From Glaucostegus cemiculus (lineage: Eukaryota): a stretch of DNA of 64,000 nucleotides. The stretch spans positions 13,950,001-14,014,000 of the forward strand of contig CDPCPM010000281.1 of assembly GCA_976551045.1 (NCBI GenBank). The letters run 5' to 3'. A program made the translations under genes and the position numbers. The notes under the pieces were generated by a model, which was not told the DNA's origin, did no database searches, and saw only the letters and a list, made by a program, of their open reading frames with translations. Of the stretch, positions 23,950-35,270 are shown piece by piece; position 1 is the stretch's first letter; every line of letters starts with the position of its first letter.

Positions 23950-24135
23950 AACAAGTGTGGTTTATTATCACCATCTTAAATGATGTGAAATTTGTTGTTT
24001 TACAGCAGCAGTACAGTGCAAAGACATGAAATTACATAAATTACAAAATAAATAAATAGTGCAAAAAAAAGAGTAATAAAGGAGTGTTCATGGGTTCATG
24101 GCAGAGGGGAAGAAGCTGTTCCTAAATCATTGGTG
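23950..24135 (-). mobile_element. Rex1-type LINE 3' UTR
   Basis: ggtttattatcac...gtgaaatttgttgttttacagcagcagtacagtgcaa is antisense to the tail at 52610-52730. Confidence 0.75.
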
Positions 24136-24244
24136 CATAATGGTCAGCACAAATTCAGTGGTTGAAACTTTTGAAGTTTGACCATTTATGTAATGTCAGA
24201 AATGAGGGAGCAGATTTGCAGAATGGAATGACAGATACGCTGCT

Positions 24245-24505
24245 CAGAGAATCATACATGTTTGGCCCACCCCGTCTGTGCTGACCAGGTATCCATCTGT
24301 ACTAATCCCTGTTGATTTCTTCCCACATCCCTATCAATTCTCCCCAAGATTCTACCCCTCACCTTCTCACTAGGGGGAGTTTTCAGTGTCCAATTTGCAC
24401 ATCTTTGGGATGTGGGAGGAAACCAGAGCACCCAGAGGAATTGCATATGGTTTCAGGTAGATTGTGCAAACTCCACACAGTCAGCACTGAACTGGCTCTC
24501 TGGAG
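24245..24505 (-). mobile_element. HE1-like V-SINE
   Basis: tctttgggatgtgggaggaaaccagagcaccc...tgcaaactccacac. Confidence 0.75.
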
Positions 24506-24754
24506 AGGTCAGGTATCACTTCTACTAACCGTGCAGCTGTACTAGTTCATTGATTGACACCAATATCAAGCCAGGTAGCTATTCAATGCACTTTTGACTT
24601 TATTTCTATATTTCCTTATGACCTAAGAAGCAGGGCATTTGTTCTATGCCAGCTTTCAGCGCAATCCCATTCCTTTGATAATTTTCTCTTTACCTACCCT
24701 GTCTACATTCCCTTCAACACACCTACACACTAGGAGCAATTTACAGCCATCAGT

Positions 24755-25055
24755 TAGAGTCATGGAGGGCTACACCATAGATACAGCTCAGGCCCTTCAG
24801 CCACTGAGTTTGTTCCGACCATTAACCGCCCTTTTACATTAATCCAATATTAATCCCACTTTTTTACTCTGCCCACATTCTCATTAAGTTCTTACCAATG
24901 TCTTTTGGATGTGGGAGGAAACAGAGGCACCCGGGGGAAAATCATGAGGTCACAGAGGAAATGCAAAAACTCCACACAGACAGCACCCGAGGTCAGGATT
25001 GAACCTGGGTTATGGGAGCAGTGAAGCAAGAGCTCTGCTAGATGTATCACTGTGA
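24755..25055 (-). mobile_element. HE1-like V-SINE
   Basis: gatgtgggaggaaacagaggcacccgggggaaa...ctccacacagacagcacccgaggtcaggattgaacc. Confidence 0.8.
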
Positions 25056-25159
25056 CACCACGATGTTGATCAGCAATCAGGGGAGCTCCCCTGCTCTTGT
25101 TCCAGGGGACCTTTTCTGTCCACCTGAGAGAAGGGTCTCGTCTTAAGGGACTGATGAGA

Positions 25160-25790
25160 GTGACTGGCGAGAGTGAAGGGTGATGGGTGGGCCAGGGGGT
25201 GATGAAGGGGTTAAAGTGATACAACAGTGGTGTGGGAGAGGCAGGTAATGTGGGGTGAGTCATGTAAGGGATCGGTGGAGAGTGCCAGGCAATGTGTTGG
25301 CATAGGAAGGGAGGGACACAAGCCGGTAAGGGATCAATGGGAGGTACATGCGATGTGCAGGTGGGGGTGGGGTCAGGTTGGGTTAGAAATCGATCAAGGG
25401 GCCAAGTAATAAGGAGGGTTGGGGAAGGAGAGTGAGGGGTCAGTGGGGAGGGGGGGCAGGTAATGTATTGGTGAGGAGGGGTAGGTCAATAGAGCAGGGG
25501 GTCAATGGGGGTGGGCCAAGGGACGTTAGAGGCAGTGGGGGGGGGGGTGCAATCAAAGGACCAATTGGGTGATGTGTTGGGAAGGAGGGATGAGGTGGTG
25601 GGGGGGAGTGTAGGTGATGTGTTGGTGGCAAGTGGTTGGTAGGGCAGCGATCAGCAAGGTGAAGGGGATGGGCTTTGTCTGACATATTATTCAGGGGGTT
25701 CAGGTGAGAGATTCATGGGGCAGTGAGGGTCAGGTAAGAACCGGCAGGGATGATTCTGCTAATGGCTGGGATGGGGGGAGGGACTTAAGG
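25160..25790 (+). repeat. G-rich, strand-asymmetric low-complexity tract
   Basis: Many GGG+ runs spaced by gtca/atca-like linkers over about 630 bp. Confidence 0.7.
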
Positions 25791-27237
25791 AGGAACCACC
25801 ATAGCTGTTGATCTTTTTAACTGAAAATGATCTACCAGAGACCAGACCATGGTCTACACCTGATCCAAACGTCCCAACAGCAACATCCCAGCATGCACTG
25901 CACACCACCAGAAGTGTCCGACCTCCTCCATATGTTGGAACGTCAGATGAATCACAAAAAAACCTGTAGATTGCATGGAACTCGATTTTCTCTTATTGTT
26001 GAACTTAGATTAAAATTGGATGAAATAACACAAAAACATGGCATGCAAATATGCTGCATATTCCATGTTCTCAGCATTGAGGTGTAGTTCTAGACTCTGC
26101 AAGCAGGACATGCAGCCCATCGAGAATGCTCCCATTCCACTAAACACTGTCAGAACCTGATTCCCACAGTACACACCACACTACTTGCCCAAGCCCGTCT
26201 CCTACCACTTGACCAGTGTCTGCCTTGACATGGTTTTCACAGAGTTAATAAATGGTGCAGGCTGTAAATCCTTCAGACACATTATTAAACATCAAAGGGA
26301 TTACAAGCTGACCCTCCACCTGTTCCTGCCTGACAGCTGTGAGTGATGTGATAATAATTGGGGTTGGACCACAAGCTGAGCTGGACCCGGGGATGCTGAG
26401 CCAATGTTACCCACTGACCAACCCAACACCTGCTGATCTATGAAGCGCGGCCTTTACTCTGAACCAATGGGCAAGCTGAAGACACAATTGCAGCTAATTC
26501 CCAATCACTAAATGGATAAGGTTGGACTACAATTTTTCACCAATTAGTGCATTTTTTTGTCAGTAAATTGGCACTTCACTTGCTTTTAATTGGAACTGTT
26601 CAATGTAGTGTTTACCTGCCTTTCATTCCTTATACTCTTTAATACTTCATACCACATAATCTAACACCCATCAAAAGAGAAGTATTACTTCACTATGTTA
26701 TTCACACCAATGACTGTGTAATTAGTTGCATAAATTAGAAAATAAAGCTGGGGGGAAGATATTGCTACTGTTCAGAAAGCTGCTGGAGCATTGTTAACAA
26801 CCAGTCTAAAGAGAAGGAAAAATGGCCATCATCTTGACATTTATTAGTAATGAAGCAAGCCACATATCTGAACTGAAGTCAGTTAGTGTAAGCTGGCACA
26901 TCAGTCCGTGGAGAGTTGAGTGCTGCAAATGCAGCATTGTTCTGTTGGACGTAATTCAACTCAACCAATCTCTTCTGCATAAAACCACAATATGGTTGTC
27001 TACAGGAATTTGCATTCATTTTTCAGTATTACCAAACAAAATAGGAAATATGTGCCCCAAAAGGGCAACTCTACTGAGTTGAGCTCAGCATGATTTGCCT
27101 TAGCTTTCGAGCTAATGAAATGCTTCAGGCCATGAAGAACTCTAACCATGTTTGATTTGAAACCCCAGAAATATTCTGAAAGAATTATCAGGGGCTGTTT
27201 CGGAATATCCAGATGTTTTCTCATTCAGTTAATCGTT

Positions 27238-27480
27238 TTGGTAACTGGTAATTGGTTTATTATCGTCACATGTATCAAGATAGAGTGAAAAGCTATTGTT
27301 TACATTCGATCCAGACAGATCATTCCAAACATAATTACATCGAGGTAGTACGAAAGATAATCTAAAAAACAGAATGCAGATTATAGTGCTACAGTTACAG
27401 AGAAAGTGCAGTGCAGGTAGACAAATAAAGTGCAAGGGCCACGGTGAGGTAGAGTGAGAGATCAAAAGTGCATCTATATG
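27238..27480 (-). mobile_element. Rex1-type LINE 3' UTR
   Basis: ttggtttattatcgtcacatgtatc...gtgaaaagc...acagagaaagtgcagtgca, related to 57770-57990. Confidence 0.75.
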
Positions 27481-27500
27481 ATGCAAGACTTCAGAAAACA

Positions 27501-28528
27501 TAGAATCTTGTTACCTGCCTTTCAAAGGATAATGTTTAATTTTGAACCCCAATCCACCAGTCCTCAGGTTAATTTTGAAAATGCTTCCTTTCTCCAGAAC
27601 TACGGTGGACAGGGTCGGGTGATGCTGGTTGGAATGGGGATGGGAGGAGGGATTAGTGTGGGAGCACCATCTCTCACAGTGACTGGGGAAGAAAGATTTG
27701 CATAAAGCAGCTTCTTGGTCTAAAATAGTTTCACACATCTAAGAAAGAAAAACACTGAGCTTCCAAACTCAACCAAGCACAAATCACTACTTCAGGAGTA
27801 GCTGCATTTTGTATTTCCTTACTTGCAGGCGGCAGTGAAGGTTTTCCAAATTCCTGATTGCCCCATCAGAGTTATCTTTGGGAACGGACAAGTCAATTGT
27901 GAGCAGTTTTGGGCCCCATGTCTAAGGAAGGATGTGATGTCATTAGAGGAGGTCCAGAGGAGGTTTACAATAATGATCCCAGGAATGAAAAGGCTAACAA
28001 ATGAGGAGTGGTTGATGGCTCTGGGCCTGTACTCACTGGAGTTTAGAAGAATGCGGCGGTGGGGGGGGGGAGGGGGGGGGGAGAGGAGGTGGATCTCATT
28101 GAAACCTACCAAATATTGAAAGGCTTGGATAGAGTCGACGTGGAGAGGATGTTTCCAGTAGTGGGAGAGTCTAGAACCAGCCTCAGAATAGGATGTCCCT
28201 TTAGAACAGAGATGAGGAGGAATTTCTTTAGCCAGAGGGTGGTGAGTCTGTGGAATTCATTGCCACAGACGCTGTGGAGGCCAAGTCAATGGGTATATTT
28301 AAAATGGAAGTTGATTAGTAATAGCATCAAAGGTTACAAGGAGAAGGAAGGAGAATGGGGGGTGAGAGGGGAAAATAAATCAGCCAGGATTGAATGGTGG
28401 AGCAGACTCGATGGGCCAAGTGGTCTAATTCTGCTCCCATGTCTTATGGTCAAAATTAGCATGAGGAATGAGGGATTAGGGTTCAAACCTAAAAATTATC
28501 CCTTGAAAGACAGGAGAACAATGTATCT
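27501..28528. mobile_element. MITE-like element with ~80 bp degenerate terminal inverted repeats, containing a CR1 insertion
   Basis: 27501-27576 is a degenerate reverse complement of 28451-28528; the ORF track shows GLGFKIKHYPLKGR (-) versus GLGFKPKNYPLKDR (+). Confidence 0.65.
27893..28450 (+). mobile_element. CR1 LINE 3' end with an expanded G-run (28061-28081)
   Basis: CEQFWAPCLRKDV..LEEVQRRFT.MIPGM...RNFFSQRVVSLWNSLP. Confidence 0.9.
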
Positions 28529-28974
28529 AAAAAGCAACAGATATCTGGGATAGGTTACCAGGCACAAAATAAAGAAAAAAAAGTAGATCAGGTGTTCTCA
28601 GACTTAGCTCATTCTATCATCAATGAAAGTACAGTTGAGGACTATACATCATTACTAAAGGGAGTCTTCACAAACTGTATGCTTTTAGATTACATGTAAA
28701 ATATCCTTACTATCATTAAGCACACTTTCTTCCCATAGTTTTGCATGGAGATTAAATGATTGTACTTTTCTTGGTCACATGGAGTCATACTGATTCAGAA
28801 ATCTCAGCTTCAACACCTCCCTTTGGCTGGACCAACAGGCCGCAGACAGGTGACGTAGGTCAGACGGATGCCCTGGGACACTTCCTAAGAAATGACAATG
28901 TCCAGGTCAGGGTGATGCGTGACTTGGAAGGAAAACTGGAAATGACGGTGCTCCCACGGTATTGCTACACGTGG

Positions 28975-29285
28975 GTAGTAGAGAGTGGAGCCGCGCATTG
29001 GCACAAGTCTGCTGTCTCACAGAAATACTGACCTCCAGTACTGTCTGTGTGGAATTTGCACGTTCCCTGTGTGGGTTTCCCCTGGGTGCTCTCGTTTTCT
29101 CCCACATCCCAAGGACGTGCTATTTGGCAGGTTAATTGGCCACTGTGAATTATCTCTAGTGCTGGTGGGTGGGTAGTTGAGGGGAGAGACTCAGTTACAG
29201 GGAGATGTGTGGGGTAATGGTATTGTTGGATTGTCCTGAGAGCCAACATAGACTTGATGGGGTGAATGGTCAGCTTCTGTGTAAT
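28975..29285 (+). mobile_element. HE1-like V-SINE
   Basis: gtggaatttgcacgttccctgtgtgggtttcccctgggtgctc...cccacatcccaagga. Confidence 0.75.
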
Positions 29286-29679
29286 GAAGAAATACAAAAA
29301 CGTGGATATTTGTGGATATTGGCTAAGAACAGGATTAGCATTGCTGTTGATCACCTTTCGTTTTGAAATAATCATTCAATATTTGTGTCTAAAGGTTGCC
29401 CATGTAAGTGGGCATTGAAAGTGGGAAAAGGTGGCTGTTCTAGAGAATCCATTCCTCCAGAAAAGGAGAACAGATCACAGAACAGCCTTTTGGTGCCATG
29501 CAAATTTCCAGATTTTTTTGCCAGCTTTTCTTATTTTCCTCCATTTCACTTATTCTACAATTATACAACGTCCGCCTGGTTACTGAACTATTCAGTTTGT
29601 TAATCTGGGAAAACCAGACAACTATTATAGCAGCCAGCAACCCCTTTGGAATTATATTCCCTCCACCATCAGTATCCAT

Positions 29680-30030
29680 CAGTAAAGCAGGTACAATCTT
29701 CAGGGAGCACCACATAAACTCACCGAAGTTCCTTCAACATTGCCCCAATCTCTGAAGACCTTCTTCCTCCAGGAGAAACAATGCCACGGAAACATAATCA
29801 ACAACAAATCTCCTTCCAAGTCACACATCAGCCTGACTGGAACATTGCCATTTCTTCAGTGTCAGTAGGCCAACATCCTGAACTCCTCCTCTGAATGCTG
29901 TTGAGGGACGATCGCCACCAGAAAGACTGAAGTCATTCAAGGAAGCAAGCTGGTCAGCACACTCTCTTGGGAAACAGGTGGTTGCAAAAAATTAGGCCCT
30001 TGGTAACAGCAGCAAATCCCATTCAAAATC
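29680..30030 (+). mobile_element. Old CR1-group LINE 3' end
   Basis: ccttccaagtcacacatcagcctgactggaac...catcctgaactcc, same family as 58990-59440. Confidence 0.55.
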
Positions 30031-30789
30031 CTCCTTCCTACAAAAATGGGTGAAATCTAGTTCCCAGACATATGTACATACAGACACACATGTACATATG
30101 TGCACGCTCGCACACAGAGTTCATCACTCCGCCACACACAGACACTCAAGCCTCTCACACATCTCAGGGATTCCCTGAAGCAACACCTTCAGTCCCTGAA
30201 AGGGTAACAAACACACCACACATGCTCAGAGTGTTTGCATCTGACGCAACGCCGCCCTAATTTTGTGATTAAAATAACTTTACCAGGTTTGTGCCATTTT
30301 ACTTTCAAAGTTTAGTATACTTATCAAACAGAAATTCTATCTAAGAATCAACCTTGAGTCAATCATATTTTTGGATATACGTGATGGGTATTAGTGGGAA
30401 AAGTGGTGCTTGTGATTGCTGGCATAAACGACTGGTTAATAATGGGTCAATTCTGGTATTCCTATTAGTATTATTTAACACAGCTATAAGCAATATATTT
30501 TTAATGGGTTACTGCTTCAACTCAACTAGCAGAGAGAAGAATGTAATTCCACTGTGGGAGAAGAGTGCCTGACAGAAACAACGATGACCAGTTTTCACTT
30601 CTCCGTGCTGGGTAAGCTGTAGCAAAAAGTACACAGAACCCATTCAAAGGTCCACTCGAAGCATCTATCGTCACACCTAGAGCAGGTGCCATCACAGTTT
30701 GCCATTTTCTGGGCACCACACCATTACTGCAATAGGGGCCAGCATTCAAGAACCAACAGAGAAAATCAGTACATAGGGAGCTGATCCAT

Positions 30790-31020
30790 AGGGACTGGTC
30801 ACTTAGGGCTTGGTGCACTGGTCACTGGGGACTGGTGGGGTTAGGGGTGACTGCACTGGTGACTGGGACTGGTGGGGTTCAGGGTCAGTGCATTGGTTAC
30901 TGGGGACTGGTGGGGTTTGGTGTCAGTGTACTGGTCACTGGAAGGGTTAGGGGTCAGTGCACTGAAGACTGGTGGGGATAGGGGTCAGTGTACTGGTCAC
31001 TGTAGGGTTTAGGCATCAGT
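30790..31020 (+). repeat. Degenerate ~38-39 bp minisatellite, about 6 units
   Basis: Unit approximately gtgcactggtcactggggactggtggggttaggggtca. Confidence 0.8.
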
Positions 31021-31467
31021 GGGACCACCACACTCGGAAGGAATACACTCGGAAGGCCACTGTCATCCAGTGCCTTCATTTGAAGCACACTGTCATTCAG
31101 CAGTAAAGGGCAGCTCTTCAAGAGAACTGGATATCAATGTGATCTGAACACTTACTGTCAAGCCAAGTAAGCAGACGATGTGGTTGCTTGTCTTCATAGT
31201 AGGTTGAACATGCAGAGCAGCAGTTCTGGTGAGGATCACTTTATTCTCAGTGCGCATTCTAGAATGAAAAGGAAGAACCTGTCGTACTTGCCTATATTAG
31301 TTGGCTGTTTAGGTGACTAAACTGGGTGGTTTGTCAGAATTGCTCAGCACTTATAACGCTCTTGCTTGGTGAAAGTCCTCACAGGTTTGCACAATGCCAT
31401 TCCGTTGCATGTTACCATTTACCTTTGGCTCTCTGGTTTTGATAGGTTAGCTTTGAACTTTGGGTAT

Positions 31468-31652
31468 GACCATGTTAATGAGGCCATTAAGCTGTTTTAT
31501 AATGTTGCTTCTATGTCCTTGTGTTGACCTCATTCGCAACCTTTTCCCACTGTACTGACCTGGGTGGATTCCTGGGCCATTGTGCAGAGGTGACTTCTCT
31601 CCCTTCATCCACCTTGTCCACTGAGGTCCAGAGCCACGGTAAACAATTGGGG
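31468..31652 (-). mobile_element. PIF/Harbinger Myb/SANT-like ORF fossil
   Basis: With two frameshifts and one stop: PQLFTVALDL/VDKVDEGREV...PRNPPRSVQWEKVANEVNTRT*KQHY/KQLNGLINMV. Confidence 0.55.
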
Positions 31653-33492
31653 TATCCAATCACTGTCAAATTGTGCAGGATTCCTGCAAATGCTCTCCCT
31701 TGAAAAGGTTTGTAATCAAGGAACAACAGACAACAGTTCAACCACTTCCATCATTCCTCATCAATGCCATCTCTGGATGTTTACCATTTTTCTCCAGAAA
31801 GTTACTGGATGAATGCATTTTTCTCACTTTAACCATTCAATTACTACAACAGCATTGCTCAATGTGTCCCAGCATTGAGTAAAATCAATACTCGTGATTT
31901 ATTAGTTAAAAGACATGGAGCTGGGTGTAAGGAAGTAATTTTTACTTTGTGCACTCATCTACTGAAGGGCATTGATAAAAATAGGATCATAGGTCTGCCT
32001 TCAATATCGTGCCTATATCAGTCTTTGCCACATACTCCAAGCTTGCTATTGGGAATTACTGGACCAGTGAGTCGGTGGTTCTGTGGAGAACTGCTGACCA
32101 TTGGTAGTGTGTTTGGGAATTCTCTGCCTGAGCACTGCCAGGTAGAAGTACAGAACCCCTTGAAGCCACTTGTGGGTTCACCTAAGTTCTTGCTCAGTCC
32201 CTCATCTCCCCACTGAGTCCTGAAGTATTCCATAACTTACAAACCTGAGGAGATGGATGCACTTCCCCTCTGTCCTTATGCCAGGTACAGCTGGTGTATC
32301 CAACTCTGATCATTCATTTCATTAAAAAGCAAATTTAGCTTAGTTATTTAATTTTTTTTCTTGAGATCATATATGTTTATGTTTTTTAATTAATTAACTA
32401 TACATTGTTTATAAATATTTCAATTTTTAATTATTTCTTTTAAAATTATTTAAATCAATTTCAGTTGTTATTTAGTGTCTCTGGTTATCAGCAACATTAC
32501 TAACAGTGAAACTGCTCTTTGACCACGCAAGATGTCAGTGGCCATCTGGGTAGTGTGGGGTGTGGTAAGTGCGGGGTGATGGTTTAGCCTCAGGATGGGT
32601 AGCCAAGGGGCATAGCCACCACTGATGGGTTGTCTGCTGATGGCATGGCCAAGGAATTGAGTCGTGGTCGAAGTTGTGAATGGTGAGGATAACATTTTCA
32701 CCAGCAGGTGGAGGGAATGAGCCAGGCTGGAAGAAGTGAATGTTGGGTGGTGTCTGAGGTTCCAGTAAAGTGGGCTGCTTAGCACTTGATGGTTTGGGGC
32801 GTGAAACCTGCAAGATCCCCAGGTTTCTTGTATTCAACTTGAGTATTTTTTTTGAGTCCAGTTGTACAGTCTACATACATTAAAGATTCCTGTAAAATCC
32901 TGCTTGGCTGATGCTTGGTTAATGGGTACAACCCGGCTTCCCCTGAACTATGGAAAAGTCAGTTGTTTTTGCAGACTGCTGCCTGCCCAGTGAAAAGGTA
33001 ACAAATTTCCCATTCCTCAAGAGGAGAGTTCCCTCCATCTCCACTTCCATGATTGAGACCCAGCACAATGGCTGTCAAAGTTCCAACCTTCCCTCCATTC
33101 AACTTCTCAAAGAAAGAATCCTTGAGCTCCAACAACACCAGAGATTTTGTTTTTACCTGCAACAAAGTATCCTCTGTGAAGACTTTAGAAACCTCATCTT
33201 CTGAAAATAGCAATCTTCGCACTTCCCCATAACAATCTCACCTTCTAATTAATCATCAAATCATTGAAATACTCCCTTGAAATAGTGCAAGTGCGAGCTC
33301 AGGGCATGGGTTTGTTTCTTCCTCCTGTTATGCAGTCGGTTTCACTAAGAACAAACAGCACATGGAATTGGCTGGATTATCCAGTTTAGCAGTGTCCACA
33401 GAAAATAAACGTCGAACAGGGATTGACATCATCCGCATTGCACATCCAAGCAGATAGACATGGAGGTCAGTGCCGGGCATCATGTAAGGAGA

Positions 33493-33670
33493 GAAATGGA
33501 CAGTCATCATTTTGGGTCAAGACCCTTTTCCTGGACAGCCCAGATGCAGGATCTCAACCCGAAATGTCAATTGCCCATTTCCCTCCATAGCTGCTGCCTG
33601 ACCTGCTGAGTTCCTCCAGCATTTTGTGCGTCGCTCCAGATTCCAGCATCTGTAGTCTCCTGTGTCTCCT
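33493..33670. mobile_element. Penelope-derived short fold-back element with a hammerhead-like motif
   Basis: Short inverted arm (33493-33536) plus + arm cagatgcaggatctcaacccgaaatgtc...tgtgtctcc; flanks tcatgtaaggaga / tcatgcaaggaga. Confidence 0.7.
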
Positions 33671-34534
33671 TCATGCAAGGAGACCCTGGATACAGGGTGG
33701 CACAATCTTCAATGTAGGTGGTCCTACCTTGTTCAGCCCTGAACCTGGGTGGGACAAACAACCAAGATTCAACTCAGCACAGCTCAGAGCTCCTTGTTAA
33801 ATGTTTGTTGAAGCTAAGTAGCACTATACTAATCTAAAACAAAATACTATAAATAACAAGTTATTACAAAAAACTTGTATGAAATAGGATTACTGGATGT
33901 TACAAACCATAATAAAGTTCTGTGCACTCTGGCAGCCTTTATACACTGCTTTTAACCCTTATCTGACTATAACTTCAACTCCCATGTAATTAGCTCTAAC
34001 TCTGATTCTGGAGTCAACACACCCCAGGATTTATTCCCATCTGTACTCGTACTCGTCTATAGTTTCTTTACAAATTGGCCCAGGTTCATGCCCAAGCCCC
34101 CGCTCCCATCACTTTTTGTGACATGGGAAGGTCCTGCCTGTGACGATTCACACAAAGGCCTCCCTTTGTGCCCAGTTTGTTCCTTGTAAGGACCTACATC
34201 CCAGCCCCATTGGTTATGTATCATTAATTTTCACTGAATGGAGGTGAGCTCTCAGGTTATCAGTAGGTTGGTGAATTCCTACTCTGCTGATGTTCACAGA
34301 TAGTCAGACTGTGGAGAAAACAGAAAATGTAAATTATGTCCTTGGGTTAACATTGTTTGTGAGTGAAAAGGTCTTTTCCTCGCACAGCCTGTTTAGTTTT
34401 AGATTAGCTGAAGAAAGAGCTCCCCAGTCCCGAGTCAGATTTTGATCAATTTTTGTCCAGTATTGGTCAATCAGGAGTGAAATGAGCCACTTCCTGAAGA
34501 TGCTGTCCTAACCCTATCTCTCAGCTCCCCACCA

Positions 34535-34955
34535 CTGGTAGTATGTACATGAGGCGCTGCCTCAAGAAGGCAACATCTGTCATCAAAGTTCCCCACCATC
34601 CAGGCCATGCCATCTTCTTGCAGCTACCATCGGGCAGGAGGTACAAAAGCCTGAAGTCCCACACCACCAGGTTCAAGAACAGCTTTCAGATCTTGAACCA
34701 ACCTGCACAACCCTAATCACCACCTCAGTATAGCAACACCCTGACCATTTTGTACCACAATGGACTTTGTTCTTTTTTGTTCTAATTCTGTTCTTCCTAT
34801 TAAAATTGTGTATAATTTATGTTTATGTTTTTCTTGTGAATGCTGCTTATCTGACGCTTTGTGCCAGTGATGCTGCTGTTAGTAAGTTTTTCATTGTACC
34901 TGTGCATACATGTACTTGTGCATGTGACAATAGACATGACTTTTTCTTTTGACTT
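34535..34955 (+). mobile_element. Rex1/Babar LINE 3' end
   Basis: RRCLKKATSVIKVPHHPGHAIFLQLPSGRRYKSLKSHTTRFKNSF, then 3' UTR. Confidence 0.88.
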
Positions 34956-34999
34956 TTGATCCTGTCAGGTAGTCAGAACTACAGTTGCCCAGCCATTGG

Positions 35000-35270
35000 T
35001 GTTGTTACCCACCGCTCCAGTAACCTGCCTGTGTGGGGTTTGCACGTTCTCCCTGTGGCTATGTGGGTTTTCCCCTGGGTGCTCCTCCTACATCCTGAAG
35101 GACATGCTGGTAAGTTAACTGGCTGCTGTAATCTGTTCCCAGTACAGGCAGGAGGCAGGAGAAATGGGGGGAGATGATGGGCATGTGAGAGGAAGTAGGA
35201 AAATAATTGGGTGATGGGAATGGCTCCAGCATAGACTCAATGGGCTGAGTGTCCTCCTCCTACTTTGTAG
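35000..35270 (+). mobile_element. V-SINE
   Basis: gtggggtttgcacgttctccctgtggctatgtgggttttcccctgggtgctcc. Confidence 0.7.

Noticed and set aside
30836-30955. Interstitial telomere
   Set aside because: Only isolated TTAGGG hexamers within a longer minisatellite unit.
32560-32700. HDS and GGYAPWL pieces resembling Harbinger transposase motifs
   Set aside because: Different frames and spacing too short; insufficient without a profile search.
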